Source: Escherichia phage vB_EcoM_FB. Taken from it: a stretch of 64,000 nt of DNA. Each line of letters starts with the position of its first letter. Positions within the stretch are counted from its first letter, which is position 1. The stretch lies in sequence record MT682711.1; one strand, given 5' to 3'. The notes below the pieces were generated by a model. The model saw only the letters and a program-made list of their open reading frames with translations. It was not told where the DNA came from and did no database searches. The position numbers were made by a program, and so were the translations under genes. This document shows, one piece after another, positions 56,225 to 64,000 of this stretch.

Positions 56225-58035
56225 TGAAACAAGACTTAAAAGTAGGTTCCGCTGTTGATGACGGGTCCGGTGATTACCTGCGTGCAGGTGGTCTTAAAAT
56301 TAATAACAACTTCAATGAGCTTTATTACCAATTAGGTGATGGCAACAACCCTCATGCAGCAGGCGCTTGGAAACAGCATTCTACTGCAGATGGTGCTTTG
56401 TTGAACGCTGTAATGGGTCATAGCTATACCCTTAATACTCAAGGTGGGCGTATTAACGTTCAGCTTCCTAAAGGCTCTCCTGAAGAATATAACTTTGTTA
56501 TCCGTGTACGTGATGTGTATTCCTCATGGCAAGCTAACCCTGTAACCCTAATCCCTGCCACGGGTGATACCATTAAGGGTTCAGCTACTCAAGTAGAAAT
56601 TGCTCGCAACTTCTCGGACCTTGAATTAGTTTATTGTGCCCCAGGACGATGGGAATACGTTGAAAATAAGCAAGTAAACCGTATTCCAAATAACGACCTC
56701 GCTACTGTAGCAACTAAGCAGTTTATTGCCACTGAAGGCCAAACAGATTTTCTAGACATTTTCCCAGGGCTTTCTTATAACGTAGCAAGTTTAAGCGTTT
56801 CGCAACGTGGTAACAATTTGTTCTACGGTGTTGATGATATTTTTGATGCGGCTACTGCAGAGTTCGGTTCTCCGGGTGCTCAACCAGGCGAATTGGTTGC
56901 CTTGAATGGTAAAGACATCCGTTTAAAATATCCTTGTGAAGCAGGTGATACTGTTATTATCAAATCATATAATGACGGGCTTGCTCAATGGCGCAGTTCT
57001 TATAACCGCCGTGATATAACAATCCAAAGTTCAGAATTGACTAAAAACGTTTCTGTTCCTGGTTCTTCTTTCGTGGCTGATTTGAATACTTCGCATGTTA
57101 TATCGGCCGCAGATTTGAATATTTCTGTTAACAGCCCTATCAACCCAAATGCTTGTCAAGTCATGCTTAATAGCACATTACTTCATCAAGCGGGTACAGC
57201 AGGACTTCCTTCGTTTTATTGTGAAGGTGCTGATGGTCGTACTGCTACCGAGTGTTTTAATGCTGGTGGTCAATGGACCCAATCTAAATCAGATTATATT
57301 TTTAATTTGACTCCTGAAGACAAGATTGAATCTATTGAATTTGGACGTAACTTTGAACACGGCGATATTCTTACAGTAATTTGGTACAATAATGATATCG
57401 GTACCACCATGGAAATTGATGAGATTTTGGATTATACCAACAACATCTATATTTCTAAAGGGCCTTCTATCGATATAACAGGTCAAGTTCGTATCACTGA
57501 TGTAGATAATCCTTTTGCACCTAACGTTGAACCGGTCGCCGCGTCCAATATTACAATAGATACAGCAGCAACGTTTTTTGATTTGGTCTATCCAATAGGA
57601 ACCATCTATGAGAATACGGTGAACCCTAATAACCCTAAAACTTATATGGGCTTTGGTTCATGGAAGCGTTTATCTGATGTGTTCTTGGTAGGTTGGTCTC
57701 CAGACGCAGCTTCTTTGTTTAATGCAAATAATAACGATCTGGATTCTGCTGGTATTCCACAGTCAACTGCCGGTGGTACTGGTGGTGCTCATGTGGCTAA
57801 TTTGAAATATGAGAATATCCCTGAACTTAATACCGATGATAAAGTCCTTATTGCTGATAACGATGGCCCTATTTTTGTAGGTGGATGTTTAGTTGACCCT
57901 GATTCACAAGGACCGGCTTATACAAAATATCGTGAAGATAAAGCCAGTATTAATAAGGCTCAAGGAACCACTCCTATCCCGGTTAATACTCTACCACCAT
58001 ACTTAACTGTTCATCGCTGGATGAGGATTGCATAA
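56224..58035 (+). CDS. 10: baseplate wedge / tail pin protein gp10
   Basis: 603 aa at T4 gp10 position and size. Confidence 0.8.
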   Translation: MKQDLKVGSAVDDGSGDYLRAGGLKINNNFNELYYQLGDGNNPHAAGAWKQHSTADGALLNAVMGHSYTLNTQGGRINVQLPKGSPEEYNFVIRVRDVYSSWQANPVTLIPATGDTIKGSATQVEIARNFSDLELVYCAPGRWEYVENKQVNRIPNNDLATVATKQFIATEGQTDFLDIFPGLSYNVASLSVSQRGNNLFYGVDDIFDAATAEFGSPGAQPGELVALNGKDIRLKYPCEAGDTVIIKSYNDGLAQWRSSYNRRDITIQSSELTKNVSVPGSSFVADLNTSHVISAADLNISVNSPINPNACQVMLNSTLLHQAGTAGLPSFYCEGADGRTATECFNAGGQWTQSKSDYIFNLTPEDKIESIEFGRNFEHGDILTVIWYNNDIGTTMEIDEILDYTNNIYISKGPSIDITGQVRITDVDNPFAPNVEPVAASNITIDTAATFFDLVYPIGTIYENTVNPNNPKTYMGFGSWKRLSDVFLVGWSPDAASLFNANNNDLDSAGIPQSTAGGTGGAHVANLKYENIPELNTDDKVLIADNDGPIFVGGCLVDPDSQGPAYTKYREDKASINKAQGTTPIPVNTLPPYLTVHRWMRIA

Positions 58036-58700
58036 TGACTTTAACTGAAATGAAAAGCGGGTTAAAATCCCGCTTAGCCGATTATTTGGAATTATCTTAC
58101 ACTAGTGACAAGCCTACTGCTGTCGCTGACCAACGTCCTATCGGTGGGCCTTCTGCAAACCAAACCCAGAAGGGTGTTTATTTTCCTACAGTCCAAAGTG
58201 CAATAGATGATATTGCATTTAGAACAGAGCTTCCTGTGAACTCCGTTATTATTACCACAGAAAACAGAGCACCTGGATTTATTCAGCAATCTGATAAAAT
58301 TACATTTACCGGTTCTATTTCTTCAGGCGGTGAACTTGGCGACCCGGTTATTATTAAAGTGTTCGGACTTCCTGTAGAGGTCTTAGTTGGCGATTCATCT
58401 GTATTGGTTGCATCTAAAGTAAATGATGTGTTTTTAGACGCTATTGCTAATAGCTATATTTTAGCCGAAACTGCTATTGATGCCTTAGACCAATCTACCT
58501 TGAATATTAAATACAATGACTATCAGAATCATATTTTTTCACCATATAAACAATCGGGTTGTACAATTTCCCATACTATAGTCCAACAGCCAAGGGCTGG
58601 ATACGGTAAGTGGGAATACTTAGGTAACTCTACCCAATCGTTAGCAGGTGGTACAGTTAACGGCACGATTCCTTTATATTACTATAAGAGATTATATTAA
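58035..58700 (+). CDS. 11: baseplate wedge / short-fibre attachment protein gp11
   Basis: 221 aa at T4 gp11 position and size. Confidence 0.75.
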   Translation: MTLTEMKSGLKSRLADYLELSYTSDKPTAVADQRPIGGPSANQTQKGVYFPTVQSAIDDIAFRTELPVNSVIITTENRAPGFIQQSDKITFTGSISSGGELGDPVIIKVFGLPVEVLVGDSSVLVASKVNDVFLDAIANSYILAETAIDALDQSTLNIKYNDYQNHIFSPYKQSGCTISHTIVQQPRAGYGKWEYLGNSTQSLAGGTVNGTIPLYYYKRLY

Positions 58701-60226
58701 TGTCAACAAACACACTAAAACACATTAGTGATAAATCGGAATTCAAATCATTCGACCCTACTGGGTCGAATTTCCCGCCTGATATTACTAATGTTCAAGA
58801 AGCATTGGCAACTATTTCATTAATCGGCGTCACAGGTAATGTTCCTTCAGCTACAGAAACGTCCCAAGGCATTATTCGTCTTGCCACAACACAAGAAGTA
58901 ATGGATGGTCTGGATGCTTATAGTGCAGTGACACCGGCAACTTTAAAAGCCCGTTTAGATATTCCTACTCAGGCAACAGAAACTTATGTAGGTATCACCC
59001 GTTATGCTACTAATGCTGAAGCTATAGCAGGCACAGAGCCCCAGGCTGCAATCGTAGCAACCTCTTTGAAAGCGGTAATGGATTATACATTTGAGAACCG
59101 TTTATCAACAGAGAACGCCACAGGCGTTATCAAGATTTCAACTACACCTGCCGCATTAGCTGGTACCGATGATACCACAGCAATGACCCCACTTAAAGTA
59201 TCTCAGGCAATTGGTGCAGCGACGGCCGCGTTACCGGTTTATTCTACAGCAACGACTACAAATGAAGGTTTAGTTCGTTTAGCGACCAATGCAGAGGTTG
59301 GTAATGGAAGTCTTTCGGTAGGTATCGCTATTTCTCCGGCAGGATTAGCCACATTAACTTCCACCGAAGAACGAAGCGGTATTATTAAACTCGCAGGTTG
59401 GGATATGGTATCTAATGGTACCGACCATACCGCCGCAGTTACACCGGCTTCTTTGTTAGCTCGTACAGGTAATACTGGACGTATTGGGTTGGTTCGTTTA
59501 TCTACTACTGTAGGCCAAGGCGATGGTAATACGGCGCTGGCTTATAATGCTAACGTTATTTCTACTTCAGGCGGCGAAATATGGGGTACTTTAAACGTTA
59601 ATGGAGCATTACGTCGTAATGGTGTTGATGTTGTTACCCATGACCAATTATCAGATAGCGTTCCGGTGGGTACTATTTGCATGTGGGGTGGCAATGAAGG
59701 TAATATACCTGGTAAATGGCGTGCTTGTGTAGGTGGGACTTACACTGGTGGTGCATATTTAAATGCTGTTGGCGGGCGTTGGGGATGGTGGGGTGCTATT
59801 CCAGATTTCCGTGGATTATATCCTCGTGGCGCTAACATGGTCGGTGGATATTCTGAAGGCGAAGTTAACCCGCATATTGCCGGTAACCGAGGAGAAGACG
59901 GTAAAGGTAAAGCCCGTTTAGGTAATGGTGTTGGTTCTTTCCCGCAATCTTCCGTTCAAGCCCAAGCATTACGTTATCATAAACATGCTGGTGGTTTTGG
60001 TGAACATGATAACTATGGCGCTTTTGGTAACACCGCTAACTCCGGATATGTTGGTACTCGTAAAGGCCTTGACTGGGATAACCGTAGTTATTATACCAAC
60101 GAAGGTTTTGAGACCACCGATCCTTGGAACCGTGATGGACATACCACATTGAATAGTGAAGGTCTTATTGCCAACGAAACACGTCCATGGACAATGTCCG
60201 TTCTTTTTATTATTAAAGTAGAATAA
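58700..60226 (+). CDS. 12: short tail fibre protein gp12
   Basis: C-terminal YHKHAGGFGEHDNYGAFGNT..GTRKGLDWDNRSY..NETRPW as in T4 gp12. Confidence 0.85.
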   Translation: MSTNTLKHISDKSEFKSFDPTGSNFPPDITNVQEALATISLIGVTGNVPSATETSQGIIRLATTQEVMDGLDAYSAVTPATLKARLDIPTQATETYVGITRYATNAEAIAGTEPQAAIVATSLKAVMDYTFENRLSTENATGVIKISTTPAALAGTDDTTAMTPLKVSQAIGAATAALPVYSTATTTNEGLVRLATNAEVGNGSLSVGIAISPAGLATLTSTEERSGIIKLAGWDMVSNGTDHTAAVTPASLLARTGNTGRIGLVRLSTTVGQGDGNTALAYNANVISTSGGEIWGTLNVNGALRRNGVDVVTHDQLSDSVPVGTICMWGGNEGNIPGKWRACVGGTYTGGAYLNAVGGRWGWWGAIPDFRGLYPRGANMVGGYSEGEVNPHIAGNRGEDGKGKARLGNGVGSFPQSSVQAQALRYHKHAGGFGEHDNYGAFGNTANSGYVGTRKGLDWDNRSYYTNEGFETTDPWNRDGHTTLNSEGLIANETRPWTMSVLFIIKVE

Positions 60227-60235
60227 GGGTAAAAA

Positions 60236-61825
60236 ATGATTAACAAATTGGAACTTAGTGAGTTACCATTTGTTGACGGCGTACCTGATGCTCCTCAAAA
60301 GCGTATCCAATGGATACGCGAGGGTGATTGTATGTCTGCAGCAAAAACAAAATACGGCAATGAAGGTAATTTGAACGCTGCTGCTTTAGGAGTTCAGAAA
60401 AACGTTGAAGCTCTTGATGCGAATGATTTGAAAACCGCAGATAAAGTTAACGAACTGGTAGAAAACGTTAATAATATCAATGATGCCTTAGAAATGGCTA
60501 CGGATATTTCCGTCATCCAACAAATTGAGAAAACCCGTGTTGATATCGTAGAGCTTAAGAGAGTAGAAGGCGAAACCACTACTGGGCTAAACAATTTAAC
60601 CATAAATTTAGACCACCTAAAAGAAGACGTTGGTTACCATGACCCTTTACAAGATGGCCCATATTTAACTGTACGTGAAAATATTGTTCTTCTTAAAACC
60701 GAAATAGGTCATTATGAAAACCAGGATATAAATGGTAATCCGTTGCCTCCTGGTGAAACCAGCGAAGCCACCGGTATGAAACGTCGCATCATTGATAATA
60801 CCACTCAATTGGTCGACCATCGTCTTCGCATTGATACCCTTGAAAGGAATTATGAAGATTCTGACGTCGGGCAACTAGGTATTAAATTAAATGAAATTCG
60901 TGCTGAACTTGGGCCCCATTCCGATACGGTAGGTAAACAACAGGCTTATACCCGAATTTCTGTATTAGAAACGGCTGCAATTAATTTCAATACATCTATC
61001 GACGAAATTAAGACTAATATTGATTTCTCCGGTATGCCTATAAAGGACCGAGTAACTACTTTAGAAAGCAAAACTCTTACCCTAGAAAATTCAGTCAACG
61101 TTGATTTAAAACCTCGTGTAACATCAATTGAAACCCAAATAGGTTCTGAATCAACTCCTACTTCTATTAATGGACGTTTAAGCGGTCTTCGTACTGATGT
61201 AAATGACCTTAAAACCATAGTGGGTGTTAGTTCAAGTGATGGCTTACGTTTCCAAGTTACTGATATCAACCGCCGTTTAGGTAGTGAAGTATCTCCGGCA
61301 GCTGGGACCATTAATAAGCGTTTAAATGACGTTATTATCCAAGCAAACCAATCTACTTCATCTATCCAGGATATTCAAGTAGAAATTGGAAATAACCAAT
61401 CCGGTATTAAGGGTACTTTACTTAAACTCACCAATAAGGTTGACGGGACAAACCCTAACGGTACTACTGTAGAAGAACGTGGTCTTATTAACGCGGTTAC
61501 TTCTTTAGAAACCCAGATGTTAGGTAAGTTGAATGATGCCCCTTCCGATGGTAAGCTTTATGCTCGTCGTAATGCTACGTGGACCGAAGTTCCTAACGTT
61601 TCTACTGAAATAGGGACCGTTAAAGCTGATTTAGTTGTTACCGATGGTAATGTGGCAGCTTTAACTTCTAGAGTTACTACAGCAGAAGATAAAATCACTG
61701 CATTAGAAACTGAACTTGCTAAACGTCCACCAGTGGCTCCAGTTGCTGATGGACTTCCATATGTTCTTGTTGATAATGCGTGGGTGCTATTGTCAGATTT
61801 TGTGACTTTAAACCCAGCACCATAA
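60236..61825 (+). CDS. wac: fibritin (whisker antigen control) with foldon-like C-terminus
   Basis: N-terminus ..LPFVDGVPDAP..; long coiled-coil; C-terminal ..DGLPYVLVDNAWVLLSDF foldon-like. Confidence 0.8.
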   Translation: MINKLELSELPFVDGVPDAPQKRIQWIREGDCMSAAKTKYGNEGNLNAAALGVQKNVEALDANDLKTADKVNELVENVNNINDALEMATDISVIQQIEKTRVDIVELKRVEGETTTGLNNLTINLDHLKEDVGYHDPLQDGPYLTVRENIVLLKTEIGHYENQDINGNPLPPGETSEATGMKRRIIDNTTQLVDHRLRIDTLERNYEDSDVGQLGIKLNEIRAELGPHSDTVGKQQAYTRISVLETAAINFNTSIDEIKTNIDFSGMPIKDRVTTLESKTLTLENSVNVDLKPRVTSIETQIGSESTPTSINGRLSGLRTDVNDLKTIVGVSSSDGLRFQVTDINRRLGSEVSPAAGTINKRLNDVIIQANQSTSSIQDIQVEIGNNQSGIKGTLLKLTNKVDGTNPNGTTVEERGLINAVTSLETQMLGKLNDAPSDGKLYARRNATWTEVPNVSTEIGTVKADLVVTDGNVAALTSRVTTAEDKITALETELAKRPPVAPVADGLPYVLVDNAWVLLSDFVTLNPAP

Positions 61826-61828
61826 TAA

Positions 61829-61848
61829 AAGGGCTTCGGCCCTTTTTT
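61829..61848 (+). terminator. rho-independent terminator after wac
   Basis: AAGGGC-UUCG-GCCCUU hairpin followed by six U. Confidence 0.65.
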
Positions 61849-61850
61849 GC

Positions 61851-61858
61851 TATAAATA
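61851..61858 (+). promoter_or_regulatory. late promoter TATAAATA for gene 13
   Basis: Exact TATAAATA 22 nt upstream of gene 13 ATG. Confidence 0.6.
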
Positions 61859-61879
61859 CGGTTATTAGAGGAATAAACC

Positions 61880-62815
61880 ATGGCAAGTGAATCATATAAC
61901 CCTAAGCAACTCAAGGACGCAATCCTGCGCCGCCTGGGTGCACCGATTACGAATATTGAAGTAACTACAGACCAAGTATACGATTGCATCCAGCGCGCCC
62001 TGGAGCTCTACGGTGAGTATCATTATAACGGCTATAACAAAGGTTATCAGGCTTTTTATATAGGCCATGATGACGAAGAAAAATTCCGTAACGGCGTATT
62101 TGACCTTAAAGGCCGTAATATATTTGCAGTAACACAAATTTTAAGAACTAATGTGGGTTCTTTAACATCTATGGATGGCCAAGCGACTTATCCATGGTTT
62201 ACTGATTTTGTATTAGGCCTAGCTGGTATTAATGGCGGTCTTGGAACTTCTTGTAATAGCTTCGGACCTAATGCCTTCGGCGCTGACCTCGGTTATTTTA
62301 CACAATTAATGCAATATCGTTCTATGATGCAGGACCTTTTGGTTCCATTGCCTGATTATTGGTATAACGATGCCACCGAACAATTGAAGGTAATGGGTAA
62401 CTTTGTTAAAGGTGATTTTATTGTAATTGAAGTTTATACTCGCTCTTTTAATGGGGTTGATTCTATGGTAGGAAATACCGCAGGATATGGATATGCCTCT
62501 GGCGGGTGCGACGAAAATGAATGGAGTCCTGGAGCTATTTGGGATAACCCGGCCCGTCGTATTTCAGGTATGAGGGCAGGTGAAGACCTTGGTTTGCAAG
62601 ATGGTTCATATAATAACCGTTGGGTCAAAGATTATGCGACGGCATTGGTTAAAGAAGTCAATGGTAATATTTTGGCCAAACACCAAGGCATGCAACTTGC
62701 GGGTGGAACCACTGTAGATGGTATTCGATTGATTGAAGAAGCTCGTTTAGAAAAAGAACGCCTTCGCGAAGAATTAGATTTACTCGACCCACCAACACCT
62801 ATTTTAATTGGATAA
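61880..62815 (+). CDS. 13: neck protein gp13
   Basis: [38 protein letters not shown] matches T4 gp13 as recalled. Confidence 0.85.
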   Translation: MASESYNPKQLKDAILRRLGAPITNIEVTTDQVYDCIQRALELYGEYHYNGYNKGYQAFYIGHDDEEKFRNGVFDLKGRNIFAVTQILRTNVGSLTSMDGQATYPWFTDFVLGLAGINGGLGTSCNSFGPNAFGADLGYFTQLMQYRSMMQDLLVPLPDYWYNDATEQLKVMGNFVKGDFIVIEVYTRSFNGVDSMVGNTAGYGYASGGCDENEWSPGAIWDNPARRISGMRAGEDLGLQDGSYNNRWVKDYATALVKEVNGNILAKHQGMQLAGGTTVDGIRLIEEARLEKERLREELDLLDPPTPILIG

Positions 62816-62817
62816 TT

Positions 62818-63462
62818 ATGAACTATAATAAGATTTACAAATCTTTAATAAATAAGGGCCTCGAAAGAGGTCTAAATAAAAAGAAGGTAGGGTTTTATAC
62901 AGAGAAGCATCATATTGTCCCTAAATCCATGGGTGGTAGTGAAGACAAATCTAATTTTGTTCTTTTAACCGCTAGAGAACATTTTGTAGCTCATCAATTA
63001 TTGTATAAAATACACAAAAACCGTTCTATGGCCCATGCTATGATTAATATGTGTGCTGATAGCACAGGTAATAGGGTTAATTCTAAGTTATTAGATTGGC
63101 ACCGTAAAGCTAAGGCTAGGGCCCAAAGCGAGATGGTTTCAGGTGAAAACCATCCTATGTATAACAAGAAACATAAAAAAGAAACATTAGAAAAAATGAG
63201 ATTGGCCAAATTAGGCGTCCCATGGACTGAAGAAGTTAAGGAATCTAGAAGAGAAGAATTACTTAAAACCTCTGAACATGCTAGGACTTTCATCGACTAT
63301 AAATCTGGCGGAGAAAATTCAGCCGCAAAGAAAATATGTATAGAAGGTATAGTATTTGATTATATGGAAGAAGCGGTTCCTTGGTGTAATATATCAAGAA
63401 GAACTCTTTTAAATAGAATCAAATCTTCAGACCCTAAATGGAGGGATTGGAATTATGTCTAA
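62818..63462 (+). CDS. HNH homing endonuclease (Mob-like)
   Basis: [32 protein letters not shown]; starts 3 nt after gene 13 stop, overlaps gene 14 start. Confidence 0.75.
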   Translation: MNYNKIYKSLINKGLERGLNKKKVGFYTEKHHIVPKSMGGSEDKSNFVLLTAREHFVAHQLLYKIHKNRSMAHAMINMCADSTGNRVNSKLLDWHRKAKARAQSEMVSGENHPMYNKKHKKETLEKMRLAKLGVPWTEEVKESRREELLKTSEHARTFIDYKSGGENSAAKKICIEGIVFDYMEEAVPWCNISRRTLLNRIKSSDPKWRDWNYV

Positions 63463-64000
63463 CACTTTTGATTCAAGCTTATTTGCTAGGCTTGAGGATG
63501 GTTCAGGTTACGTTAATACAAATAAAAGCGAAATTCTCAATCCGTTCGTCAACTTTTATCGCCATGAGAATACTCAAACATTGGCCGATGCTTTAGTTGC
63601 AGAATCTATCCAAATGAGGGGAATTCCTTTATATTATATCCCTAGACAGTATGTTAAGCCTGACCAATTGTTCGGCGAAGACCTCCAAAACAAGTTTACA
63701 GTGGCCTGGAAATTTGCAGGTTATTTGGATTCCTTTGAAGGTTATTCCGGTGACAATACTTATTTCAGTAAGTTCGGTATGATGGTTAATGATGAAGTAA
63801 CAATCACAATTAACCCTAACCTTTTTAAACATCAATGCAATGGCACTGAACCTGTTTCAGGTGATTTGATTTATTTCCCAATGGACAACAGCCTATTCGA
63901 AATTAACTGGGTACAACCTTACGACCCATTCTATCAAGTAGGAGCTAACGTCCAGCGGCGCATCACCGCTACCAAGTTCATTTACAATGGTGAAGAACTT
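63455..64000 (+). CDS. 14: neck protein gp14, N-terminal part (gene runs past window end)
   Basis: ..[49 protein letters not shown] matches T4 gp14 as recalled; no stop before 64000. Confidence 0.8.
   Translation, partial: MSNTFDSSLFARLEDGSGYVNTNKSEILNPFVNFYRHENTQTLADALVAESIQMRGIPLYYIPRQYVKPDQLFGEDLQNKFTVAWKFAGYLDSFEGYSGDNTYFSKFGMMVNDEVTITINPNLFKHQCNGTEPVSGDLIYFPMDNSLFEINWVQPYDPFYQVGANVQRRITATKFIYNGEEL

Overview
This window reads as a T4-like (Tevenvirinae) myovirus genome segment, co-linear with the T4 map from gene 45 to gene 14. Positions 1-44089 are almost entirely minus-strand early/middle genes: sliding clamp 45, recombination nuclease 46/47, late sigma 55, nrdC, tk, regB, denV, internal proteins, lysozyme e, nudE, two tRNAs, 57B/57A, and genes 1, 3, 2 and 4. 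Positions 44135-64000 are plus-strand late baseplate and neck genes: 53, 5, 6, 7, 8, 9, 10, 11, 12, wac, 13 and the start of 14. Assignments rest on my reading of the translations against T4 proteins as I recall them, on motifs and on gene order; no database search was run, and percent identities are not claimed. Many ORF-track starts are TTG/GTG; I moved starts to the nearest in-frame ATG with a Shine-Dalgarno where I could check it, so starts are approximate. Non-coding coordinates may be off by 1-2 nt. Relative to T4 the segment is compact and mosaic: no a-gt, nrdD/nrdG or gene 49 is visible, at least six freestanding homing-endonuclease genes plus one decayed copy are present, and a repeated promoter-plus-hairpin cassette recurs on the minus strand, resembling the PeSL elements reported for RB49-like phages (inference). 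The most interesting unexplained item is a 687-codon ORF wedged between baseplate genes 5 and 6, followed by a tandem array of four small acidic paralogs and several possible anti-defence candidates (macro domain, nucleotidyltransferase plus ATPase, extra internal proteins).
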